NCBI GenBank assembly: GCA_949358305.1
Contig: OX442314.1
Location: 33,232,001 to 33,296,000 of the forward strand
DNA length: 64,000 bases
From: Strigamia acuminata
Taxonomy: Eukaryota
Reading direction: 5' to 3'
The position numbers and the translations under genes were made by a program. The notes beneath the pieces were generated by a model. It did no database searches. It saw nothing but the letters and a program-made list of their open reading frames with translations, and was not told the DNA's origin. Positions 1 through 10,525 of this stretch are shown here, in pieces. Every line of letters starts with the position of its first letter. Within the stretch, counting starts at the first letter, position 1.

Positions 1-1254
1 TTGAGGTCATGAATAATTGTCCTGCCCAGCAGGAGTAAACTACGCATGTCCTACTCAACGACCCCATTAAAGTACCCTTCTACATAACATAGCGCCTTGT
101 GGAAACTCACAAGGAGGCACATGGAAGTGGTACTTGCTTACCTTCATAATTCTATTGAACTATCTCTCAAGAAAATGGTCATCGTTTTGTCCTATAGTAG
201 AGTACTACAACACTCCTCTTGGAATATGGACTTCTTCTAAGCTCAGTGATCTGGTCAGCGATCACACCTACCAGTTTTTAGCAAAATCTACCCATAGTAC
301 CCATAGTAGTTAAAGCCTATATTGGGTTTACAATTATAGTCATGGGTGCCTGGGATGTGAATGGGAATAAATGTGGGACACTATAAATGCAATCAATCTT
401 CTTATTAAAAAACTACGGTTTCTTAATACCAGTAGTAATGTGTAATTCATCTATAAAATGCTGCAAATTATTTGTTAGACTAACTTGATAAGCAACAGGT
501 GAGTGCTGACTTCTAGGCAAGTCTTGGTGGTATGTAACTACTTGCTTCAAGTTTATAATCAAGCCAAAATTACAATAACTCTTTATTTAGAGCTTTATTG
601 CACGTTAAGCATTTTAACACAGTTTCCCAGCTAGTGTGAGGTCTCTTTTGAGAAACGTCGAATGATTGTTTGAACCAAGTAGGGCACATAAGAGTTATTT
701 TACTCTCAATTCCAATCAAGTTGTCCAAAATATTTTCATCGATTCATTTCTGCTTTTTTGGAACTCATTAAGATAGGAAGTAGCTTTGAAAATTGTAGAT
801 AACAAACATATGTTCCTCCTAAGTTGACATCACGTTTCATCTCACTATTGAAACATTCTGAATTATTGTTTGTTGCCGTGATATCACGAAATGCTTCATA
901 TTTATCTGTATTGAGTATAGCACTGTGGTCTTTGATGTCAGGAAATATAATGTTCTTAATGTATGAACAAAAGTTTGTGACGATGACCTTTCGATGACGC
1001 TATCCGCTCAAAATGTGTATTTTGGCATAACAAGCTAGTCTATCTATTCAGTAGTTGAGAGATAGGATTGACAAAACCTAAAGTGTGAACTGGGTAAAAT
1101 AATGACACATGCGGTTATCAAGACATAACATATTTATTGATATCTAAATATAATCACCGTAAAGTGATTATATTAATCAATTTGCATGAAATACAATTAT
1201 ACAGTGACTATGCCGACAATTGGCCGTATAAATTGGTCGATTAACTATACATAC

Positions 1255-1495
1255 TGTTACGTGGAATCCGGGCCTAATCAGGTCTCCACGCAACTATGTT
1301 TAATTGGGGTTTAGTGAGTGTGAAAGGAAAGAATGAGATTCATTTATGCTTTAAATTCAATTCAGATTTATTTGACCGGACAAACAAAGTTTGTTCGATC
1401 CCTTATAAATTCAGATACATTTATTCTCAACAGGTCAGAATGTTATTTTGGATAAATTGTCACTTCTTACATTTGTCAAATGTACAACCTTTATT
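1255..1495 (-). repeat. Truncated 3' LTR of element A
   Basis: Matches 6102-6342 up to ...ACAACCTTTATT, then joins directly to RNase H coding sequence. Confidence 0.9.
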
Positions 1496-3721
1496 TTTCT
1501 TTTTCTTTAATTTTTCTATTTCTTCTTCACTTAATTCTTCCTGGATCCTACTTAAAGCATCGGCATCTGTATGTTTCTTGCCGCTTTTATGAAATATTTC
1601 AAAATCATATTCAGCTAGTTGCAGCGCCCACCTGGCTAGACGTCCATTTGGATTTCGGACTCCTTTCAGCCGTTGGAGGGCAGAATGGTCGGTAATAATT
1701 TGGAATTTCTGTCCATATAAGTACGGTCTAAACTTTTCAATAGCAAAAATGATTGCTAACATTTCCCTATCAGTTGCAGTGTAATTCATTTCTGCTGTGC
1801 TCATCATACGACTTGCATAAGCGATAACACGCTCTTGATTGTTGACTTTTTGCTTCAAAATAGCTCCTAATCCATAGGCACTTGCATCGCATGAAATCAT
1901 GAAGGGCTGAGTAAAATCTGGATGCGCTAACACCGGCACTGTTATTAATGCATTTCGGAGCGTGTGGAATGCTTTGTCGTGGGGTGGTCCCCAGTCAAAC
2001 TTTTCATCCTTTTTGGTTAAATTCACCAGAGGTTTGGAAATGTCCGCAAAACCTTTAATAAATTTCCGGTAATACGAGCATAATCCTAAAAAACCACGTA
2101 GTTGTTTAACGTTCACAGGAATTGGAAACTTAGCTACTGAATCCAGATTCCTGGGATCCGGTGAAATACCTTCAGCATCAACCACATGTCCGAGATATCG
2201 TATGGTGTGTGTCGCAAACGTACATTTACTCAGTTTGACTTTGAGATTCGCTGTTCTAAGCTTTTGGAAAACTGCCTCCAAATCAACAAGATGCTGATCG
2301 AAAGTCTTCGAAAACACTATCAAATCGTCCAGATATGCAATACATACTTTTCCCAGGAGGTTACCAAGTACTTTATTCATCAATTTTTGAAAGGCGGCCG
2401 GGCTGTTACATAATCCCATTCCAAGGACATTAAACTCATAATGTCCACTAGACGTGGTAAACGCTGTCTTTTCACGATCTTGTTCGTCTATTTCGACTTG
2501 GTGATATCCCTGGATAAGATCCATCATTGAAAAATACTTCGCACCCGCTAATTGATCTAGGGTGTCATCAATACGTGGTAAGGGATAAACCATTTTCTTT
2601 GTTACCGCGTTTAACCGTCTCCAATCAACACAAAATCTCCATTTGCCGTCTCTTTTCTTGACGAGTAGTACTGGTGCACTCCATGGGCTCTCAGATTCTC
2701 TAATGACTCCTTGCTCAAGTAACTTCTTTGTTTCAGCATCCTCGATTTCTTTTTCCTTAATCGATCGTCTATAAGGTTGTAAATGGATTGGAGGAGAATC
2801 TCCAGTATCAATTCGATGTTTAATCGTATGAGCTCTGCCTAAATCATTGTCAGTCTTCGCAAATCTATCCGAATTTTCCTCCAGCAACCGCAACATTAGC
2901 CCTTGTTGTGATGGCGTCATATTGTCATTCGCCATGGCCGTGCTAAAGTCAAATTGATTAACTCTGTTTTCATCAAGCACGCCAGACTCAATTACATAAA
3001 AGGCCTTTGCAATTGCTGAGTTTTTTCCTAAATAGATTGTCTTTTTAGTTGGATTTGCAACTCGCAGAACTCCTTCACCTTTTCTGAATTTAGTCAATGT
3101 TTTGCAACAAATTACTCCAAAGCGATCAATTACTCCACTGAGTGGTTCTATAAATAGTTCATCATCTACTTTCTTTGCAATTTTAATTGGAACTACACAT
3201 TCATGTAATGCTGGAATTGTTATCGGTTTTAAAACTCGGGCTATGTAGTTTACATCAGTATAATTCTTTGACATTGGGAAAACTTCTTGTTGTTCATTTT
3301 TTGGGCCTACAAAGATCTTCTGTTGGTCATAGTCGAGTTTACACTTTGCAGATCTTAAGAAATTATCTCCCAGTAGTAAGTGGCGTCCAAATCCATTAAC
3401 GATCAATACGTCGATGGTGTGTTGTTGTTGTCCAACATCAATGGTAATCCTGGTTTTTCCTTCTGGGACTATCAATGAGCCATCCACAACTCTCAATCGA
3501 ACACCTGGACAAGGCTGATATTTGAGCTGCAGAGTTCTCACCAAATCTTCACTAATGATATTGCGAAAACCTCCAGAATCCAAGACACCAGTGATTTCCA
3601 TACCATTTAATACTACTGGAATCTGTAAAAGTTCGTCCATAGCGTGTAACTCGATGATTTCTAATTTTCTCTTTCTTCTTTTCTTCTTGTTATTTCGTCT
3701 TTGTGGCCATTCTAGTTTCCC
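1460..3721 (-). CDS. pol: Pol of element A: protease-RT-RNase H, truncated before integrase
   Basis: LDSG protease; WRFCVDWRRLN and YLDD RT; CDAS...DALSR RNase H; the frame runs into LTR sequence at about 1495. Confidence 0.95.
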   Translation of the reverse strand, partial: GKLEWPQRRNNKKKRRKRKLEIIELHAMDELLQIPVVLNGMEITGVLDSGGFRNIISEDLVRTLQLKYQPCPGVRLRVVDGSLIVPEGKTRITIDVGQQQHTIDVLIVNGFGRHLLLGDNFLRSAKCKLDYDQQKIFVGPKNEQQEVFPMSKNYTDVNYIARVLKPITIPALHECVVPIKIAKKVDDELFIEPLSGVIDRFGVICCKTLTKFRKGEGVLRVANPTKKTIYLGKNSAIAKAFYVIESGVLDENRVNQFDFSTAMANDNMTPSQQGLMLRLLEENSDRFAKTDNDLGRAHTIKHRIDTGDSPPIHLQPYRRSIKEKEIEDAETKKLLEQGVIRESESPWSAPVLLVKKRDGKWRFCVDWRRLNAVTKKMVYPLPRIDDTLDQLAGAKYFSMMDLIQGYHQVEIDEQDREKTAFTTSSGHYEFNVLGMGLCNSPAAFQKLMNKVLGNLLGKVCIAYLDDLIVFSKTFDQHLVDLEAVFQKLRTANLKVKLSKCTFATHTIRYLGHVVDAEGISPDPRNLDSVAKFPIPVNVKQLRGFLGLCSYYRKFIKGFADISKPLVNLTKKDEKFDWGPPHDKAFHTLRNALITVPVLAHPDFTQPFMISCDASAYGLGAILKQKVNNQERVIAYASRMMSTAEMNYTATDREMLAIIFAIEKFRPYLYGQKFQIITDHSALQRLKGVRNPNGRLARWALQLAEYDFEIFHKSGKKHTDADALSRIQEELSEEEIEKLKKKKNKGCTFDKCKK

Positions 3722-5166
3722 GATGCATTAGGCGGTCCACCACGTGGGGCTCCTCGTTGACCTCGGCCTTGGTAATTTTCAATGAAATTTTTACCTTTAT
3801 AATTTGGATTTTTAGGATGGCCTTGGTTATTTGGATTCCCCTGTGGTCTTTGTCCTTGTGGTGGATTCCATTGCTGTTGTGGTGGATTCCACTGCTGTTG
3901 TGGATTTTGCTGTTGGAATCCTTGACCTGAGTTATTCCACTGATTACTCCAATTACCTCTGTTTTGACCTCTATTGTCACTCCATCCTCTTCCTTGGTTC
4001 CTATTATTGTCATTCCACCATCCACGTTGTTGTCCAGATCGTCCTCTAAAGTTACCTCTATTGTAGAACTGGGCCTGGTTTGGATGTGGTGTATACCATT
4101 GATTTTGATAGAAGACTGGAGTAACCTCTGCATATTGAACTTCCCCAAACTGCTGCTGTTGCCTTAGCACTTTGACCTCTGCTAACAACTCGTCTTTTGA
4201 TTTATTGACGTCGCTCGGTTCAACTAACAAACTTGGTTTCACCTCGCCTGTTGTATCAACAGCTTTTTGCAGTAGGGTTAGCAAAACTTCTGCAGGATCC
4301 TCGCTGAATGCATGAGCTTCCAATAGTCCAAGTTGAGATGTTAACTGATCCAATGTCTTTGGAAAATTGACTACTAATTTATCTCTAGTCACCTTTTTAA
4401 GTCCTTGAAACACATGAAATATCTTTTGTTCTTCAGTAAATGCTGGTCTCGCAAAAGAACATTCTTTTAATATTTTCTGCATATGTTCCATTGCTGTCCC
4501 ATCTTTGTGCTGCATTGCCTGTAATTTCGACAAAATTGTTGTTATTTGTCGCCTGAATTTTGCCTTCAACGCATCTTTCCATTGACTCCATGTTCTAGTC
4601 GGATGTTGTGGAAGTTGATCTAGATACCACGATGATGCGGAGGATTTCAGCACAATTGACAGATGTTTAATCCTTTCAGTGTCATCGGCGATCGTATCTT
4701 CATATCCGATCAACCATGTGTCAATATTCCCTGTAGCCGGATCAAAGTCAACTGGATTTCTTCTATTGACCACTAAATTTTGTAATACCGTCTGTATTGC
4801 TACTAGTTCTGGTGAAGCATTTGCCATATTATCTGGAAATTGTTCGTTTTTAATTGCCAATATTGGTTGAATTAATTCCTTTTGGTCCTCAATATTGTCA
4901 GTTGCGTCCTCAAATGCGTCGTCCAAATTTGCTTGCACTTTATCCAGGAGATTGCCTAATTCCGTAGCTTCGTCAGGCAACAACAAATTGTACACACTTG
5001 GATCGATTATTCTTTTATGGCGCTGTTCCGGGGTTTCAAAATCTTCCCTTTTTTGAATTTTTTCTTCTCCTTTGGATTTTGATCTCTTTTTCCGGTCAGT
5101 CACCTTATCATCCAGTGATTCAAGTGCTCCCGGATCTTTTGATGAAAACAAATAATCCGTTACCAC
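3712..5166 (-). CDS. gag: Gag of element A (capsid-like core, Q/N/G/R-rich C-terminus, no CCHC)
   Basis: 484-aa ORF with Gypsy capsid-like helix pattern (ASSWY...WSQWKDALKAKF); ends at slippery heptamer G GGA AAC (3715-3721), whose -1 frame is pol. Confidence 0.85.
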   Translation of the reverse strand: MVTDYLFSSKDPGALESLDDKVTDRKKRSKSKGEEKIQKREDFETPEQRHKRIIDPSVYNLLLPDEATELGNLLDKVQANLDDAFEDATDNIEDQKELIQPILAIKNEQFPDNMANASPELVAIQTVLQNLVVNRRNPVDFDPATGNIDTWLIGYEDTIADDTERIKHLSIVLKSSASSWYLDQLPQHPTRTWSQWKDALKAKFRRQITTILSKLQAMQHKDGTAMEHMQKILKECSFARPAFTEEQKIFHVFQGLKKVTRDKLVVNFPKTLDQLTSQLGLLEAHAFSEDPAEVLLTLLQKAVDTTGEVKPSLLVEPSDVNKSKDELLAEVKVLRQQQQFGEVQYAEVTPVFYQNQWYTPHPNQAQFYNRGNFRGRSGQQRGWWNDNNRNQGRGWSDNRGQNRGNWSNQWNNSGQGFQQQNPQQQWNPPQQQWNPPQGQRPQGNPNNQGHPKNPNYKGKNFIENYQGRGQRGAPRGGPPNASGN

Positions 5167-6084
5167 TTGTGAAAAGTTATAACGTTTGGATTCCGCAATT
5201 GTTAAATAATTAAATTCGAAGACACAATCCTTAGACTTGAAGCACTTTTAATTCACTTTTCCAGTTATAAATAACACTATAACTCTTTAGCACACAGAAC
5301 ACTTTTCACTTTCTGAAAAATAAATCAGTGATTAAACACTTCAATTTTCACAGAAATATTTCAAAATACTAGAACAATTCAATCTTCACAATCAAATCTC
5401 AAAATTTCCACAAAAGAATTCAAGGAAAAAAAAAAAAACACTTTCACGGTCATCATTTTTTACAAAAATATCAAAAACAATTCATTTTCACGGTCATAAT
5501 TACAAAATTTCATCAAAACTATTCAAGGAAAAACTTCTTATTAATAACACTTTACAAAAATGCTCTGGAAAGAAAATAAATTCATTAATAAATATAAACA
5601 ATATATTCTCTATTATTATTCAATTTTATCTTACATTCACAATTAAATTCTTCATTACTATACACTTTCATTTAATTTTATCAAAGTTCAATCAATAATA
5701 CTATATCAATTCAATTAAAAGTCAAATATCACAATAAATAATACTCAAATGCAAATTTATCCAATTTAAACCTTCAAAGCTTCTATTCTATTTTATTTTA
5801 TTTTTTTAATCTTGCCAATTTTCAATCTAATTGACCTATTTATTCTTTAGCAATGACTCACTCTCACATTCCTATCAATTTCACAAATGACTCACTCATA
5901 TTCAAATTAGGTTGGGATCTCTCTAAATTTTATATGATTTCAAAGCTATTTTTAAGCTAAATTTGCCAATTTTATGTGATTTTAATTCCAATTTCACTCA
6001 TTTTACTCTAGATTTTACAATTTTAATGATTTTTAACTCTAATTTCGGGGTTTTTTATTCTAATTTTTGGTCCCGGGGAAAGAA

Positions 6085-6099
6085 CCGCGATCTCCACCA
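6085..6099 (-). promoter_or_regulatory. Primer binding site of A, tRNA-Ala-like
   Basis: Minus strand TGGTGGAGATCGCGG just inside the LTR; complementary to an ...ATCTCCACCA tRNA-Ala-type 3' end. Confidence 0.7.
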
Positions 6100-6101
6100 T
6101 T

Positions 6102-6673
6102 TGTTACGTGGAATCCGGGCCTAATCAGGTCTCCACGCAACTATGTTTAATTGGGGTTTAGTGAGTGTGAAAGGAAAGAATGAGATTCATTTATGCTTTA
6201 AATTCAATTCAGATTTATTTGACCGGACAAACAAAGTTTGTTCGATCCCTTATAAATTCAGATACATTTATTCTCAACAGGTCAGAATGTTATTTTGGAT
6301 AAATTGTCACTTCTTACATTTGTCAAATGTACAACCTTTATTAATTGGGTTATGAACTACTGTGTGATAACTTAATTGCGATGTAATTAAATTGGTTTTA
6401 TAGTCATCAGCCGCACTCTTTATTGAGGCGACATCAGACTCTCTAGTTCTGAAAAGCAAAAGTGATTAGAGACCTGTCTTAGTGCGGGCTCCTTATTTAT
6501 AGCAAATCTGCCATAAACCCCATAATTGAATTGATCGGTCCATCACATGGCGATGACGGAGTCCAAGCCGTCAGCGCCATCTGTGGCCGAAATTTAGCAA
6601 CATTTAACCTAATAATGATTCGAATTACGTGCTACGAATCGCGCATCAATTGGCACGGTTCGTACACGTGACA
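6102..6673 (-). repeat. 5' LTR of element A (572 bp)
   Basis: TG...CA ends; TATA-like TATAAATA on minus near 6500; AATAAA on minus near 6340 and 6420. Confidence 0.9.
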
Positions 6674-8039
6674 ATACAGTCGCCTAAACGGCGCTATGAT
6701 AATATCAAGTCGGCTTCATCGGATGGGTAAGATGTCATCTGAATCGGTTGATTATTTGGTCCTAATTGTACATCGGGGTCTGGTTCAAATCTGTAATGAA
6801 AAAGTTAGTATCCGAGGACTTCCGGTTGACTGTATCTGCATCGCCACAAACTTGGGGCGGTTATTGGTTTAAATGGCTTGTGAGAGCCATTTACCAATTG
6901 ACCTCTTATAAATGTTTTAAGACAATTATAATTGGTGTGATACGTCAAATTGGTTCTTCATACGAGAGTAAACTGTTGCGAGTTTACAATCATATCTTCT
7001 AGTTCCGTGTAATGGATGTATTTATTAGAGTATTACTTTTCAGTAAATACTCGTAATAATTCTGCTTACATAAAGTTGGCAATTTAGCTACACATTTACT
7101 GGCAAGTAAATGCTAATGTAGCTAGTCTTCAGTTTTGTACAGTTCTGGAAGAAGTATCCATGTTTATGCACAATGCTGAGTTGTGACATAAACCAGCTGG
7201 GGATTTAATCTAACTAAACTTTTCCGAGTTTAGTTATTTCAACCCTAATGTTACATTTTCGACACGCTGTTCGGCAGCCGTGGTTTACTGTAACTGGCAG
7301 GCCTTGTGGAACACTTGTTGAAATATATCCGGCCCGACGGGATTCTTACTACTCATCGCCGCGACCTGATCTCCTCACGGCCACACAGCCGTCATCGGGC
7401 ACCCGGACATGGAGGCATCATATCACCCATCTCCACGTCAAGTGTACGCCGTATGTATGTTCTCATAGGCCCGCAGTATAAGGGGCATTGGCTGCGCAAT
7501 CAACAGGCAAGCTTGTGTTTGCGCAATCAACATAACACCGAAGTAGTAGAATGGGCTCAAGAAAACATATAGTCAAAATATCTGGTCAAGAGCGAGCTAC
7601 TTCCTGTTGCGAGGAAGTATATACTCGGGGAAAACAATAGCTTGGCCACTGCTCCAATGAGAGCAATGGTCCTGCAAATCCCCCCAATCACTGGTCCAGG
7701 TGATGGGATACTCAGGACACATTTTCAGTCCAGGTGGTCAACAAGACAGACCATAGCTCTCTGCTAGGTCGGGACAGGAACTGGATAGCGAGGAACACTT
7801 TTGGATTAAGTCTTTCAACTTGATCCGCAGGGGTCCACGCTTGGAGCAGGTGCGAGGGGAAGATTTAATCCCCTAAACCTAGTTTTGAGGTAACTTTGCA
7901 GAGTTACCACAAAACAACATAATATCTGTATTTATTTTCATAAATATAAGATAAACTTGTTTAATGCCTTGAAATCACATAAAAGTTGCATTTTATGTGG
8001 TTTCACGTCAAACTGCAAATTCTATTCGAATTTACCGCT

Positions 8040-8960
8040 TATTGACGTCAGCACCATCTATCGGTGGGATTTGGCATGATATCGCGTAAACAATACCGTG
8101 TTCGTCATAAGTTCAATGCCCAAGAGTCTTCAAAGGTTGCGTATTTTTTTATGAGTGAATCTTCTGTCTTGCTATCTAGCAATTGTACCACATCATCTTT
8201 CAGCACTTTTTAATCATCTGGTTTACTATAGTTTTTGGAAATCCAGTGCTCAACGTCATTGCGACACATAACAATAGGTACATTAGAGATAAACTTAAGC
8301 ATTGCTGAAACAATCCCTTGTTCACGGTCGCATGAAAATTGAATGTTGCAGGTATTCTCCATCTTAATCGCCTTTAAAGCAAACTGCAAAAAAGTTCATG
8401 ACTGCTGGCAAATTTCCTTTCGTGCCGCATAGATGCTACTAGAAAGATTGGATTTCCCATCATTCTAATATTTTTTATGACTAGCGTTGAGACATAAAAA
8501 TCCTCCATTTGGAAAGTTGGTGTCGTATGTGGCAACGTGTGGAAGTGCTTTTGTTGTTGTTGCTTAAAGGAACGATGATTCTTGCACACTTGATTTCACT
8601 TGGAAGAGCACAAACAACAACCAAATCTGGATAGAATCAACAAATGCTGATAACTAATGTGTAATTCAATTAAACCAAATGAGAAATCATTTGAAAGACG
8701 GTTCTCTCTCTCTTTTAATTAAGTTTTGGACTTGAACCAAATCTCTGGGGCGATCAACAGACACATGTGCTAAATAAATGTTCACCTGTGGGATTCGCGG
8801 CTCAAGAGGTGGTGAGACCAGCAATGCAAAGAAAACCCTTCCCTCATTATGGAAACAGTTGGCCATAGCCTTCAGAAACTCGAGTTTGTTCAGCGTATGG
8901 TCTGCTGCGATCCGGGTCTTACAATTAATGGCTACGCTAATGTATATCTGGCCTGCAAAA
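8040..8960 (-). pseudogene. Decayed Mutator-like (MULE) DDE transposase fragment
   Basis: Minus-strand pieces across frameshifts: PRDLVQVQN, TFQMEDFYVSTLV...GNPIFLVASMRHERK, CDREQGIVSAM, DVEHWISK...DDVVQLL. Confidence 0.7.
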
Positions 8961-10525
8961 TGTCTAGGAGTAAAAAGGTTAAATAAACACAAAGGTAAGT
9001 AAAAAAGCAATTTACAATAATAAATAAAGATAAGTGAATTAATACTAAACTAGGGATAAATGGGAATGAAAATAAAGAGGGCGACAACAATCGCGAAGCA
9101 ATACGGATAGCGCGCACGCGGCAAGAGCTTGTTGTTTCACAAAAGCGAAACTGCAGTGCAAAGTGGGAATGCTAATTCAATGGATTTATACAGTGCAGGC
9201 TCAAAATCTGTCTTGAATATGCTGCCCGATAATAGGAATCGTTACACCAAAACGGTTAATTTGTAGCTCACCCCAGCCAAATTGAAGTGAAATGGGCCTA
9301 GGGAGTTTTCACACCCTAGACACAGCAAGCAAAAAAAGAAAACACTTTTAGGCAGAATTCTCTCCCTTGCCACGTTCTCTATCGTCAATGCAGAAGTTCG
9401 GCCCTGGCGATGGAGTCCGCATCGTCATCGTCATCCGAGTTGTCCAACACATCAGGCAAGTCCGGCGCGTCCACCAAAACCTTGAGAGAATTGTCCGGCG
9501 CGTGATATACCACTACGTGGTATGGCTGAGTCACATTGCCATCTCCGTCTATCAGCAGCATTGTGTTGGGCCCAACGAGTACAAAACAAGTATAAAACAA
9601 AATATCAAATCATGAGCGCCTGACTTCCTGTTGCAAGGAAGTATATACCTTTGATAGGATTACTGGGGGACCATTGTTCCAATAGGAACACTGGTCACCA
9701 GAATCCTTCCAATCCCTGAGAACAGAAACTGAATACTTAGGACACAGCTATCTTTTAGGCATTGGTGGCGATGGGAAAAAATAATCCCGGCCAGATTTAC
9801 ATGCAAACTCATTAGCTGTTCGGTCGTCATGAATTTTTCATTGTAAATAAAAAGTATCATTTTTCTTACAAATCCTGGTGGCGCAAAATCATTGAGGGCA
9901 ATTAATTGCTCCAAAATGTCACCCGTAGTTACACATCAGTAATATTCTCCTGGCACTGCAGCTTCAGCCATGTTTTATGATAGCCTACTTTTAATAAAAT
10001 GACATTTTTTTTCGATTTATAAGGGGTTGGGCTGCCACATGGATACAGTTACAACTATTTTGCAAAAATAATTATTTTAATTTAACTTAATTTAAGACAA
10101 AAACAACAACAAATTACTAAAGAAAAAAACATCGTACATTTCTCCAAACATTATTAATTAAAAACAAATAAATTCTCATAAATAAATAGCTTTTATCTTT
10201 ATTGTGTTCGTATGATTTGATGAATGATGGTCAAGAAAGACAACATGTCGGCCATAGTAAACTAAACTGACTGATTTATTGTCGAATTACAATATAGGTG
10301 GCGCTGCTCTTAAAAGCGCCAAAACATAACGATTGGTCAAGATTGACCAATGGAGTAAGACACTCCAACATCCCCTTTAATTGGGAGAAACACCAATTAT
10401 ACAATCAAGAAAAGGATAAAACAAATTAAACATTAAACACATGTAATAAAAGCTAATAAAGAACAAAGTTGAAATTTAAGCAAATACAAAATGAAATCAA
10501 TTATTTCAAAACACAAACACAAACA

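Larger units (their letters stand above)
1255..6673 (-). mobile_element. Ty3/Gypsy LTR retrotransposon A, internally deleted (no integrase, partial 3' LTR)
   Basis: Termini TGTTACGT...ACGTGACA; 4-bp TSD ATAC at 1251-1254 and 6674-6677; gag and pol ORFs; PBS next to the right LTR. Confidence 0.95.
976..7255 (-). mobile_element. Probable older solo-LTR-like sequence (976-1254 + 6678-7255) interrupted by element A
   Basis: Starts TGTGACGAT and contains GACATAACATATTTATT like the LTR of element D; TATA-like box near 6906; ends ...TGTTACA; no matching TSD found. Confidence 0.45.
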
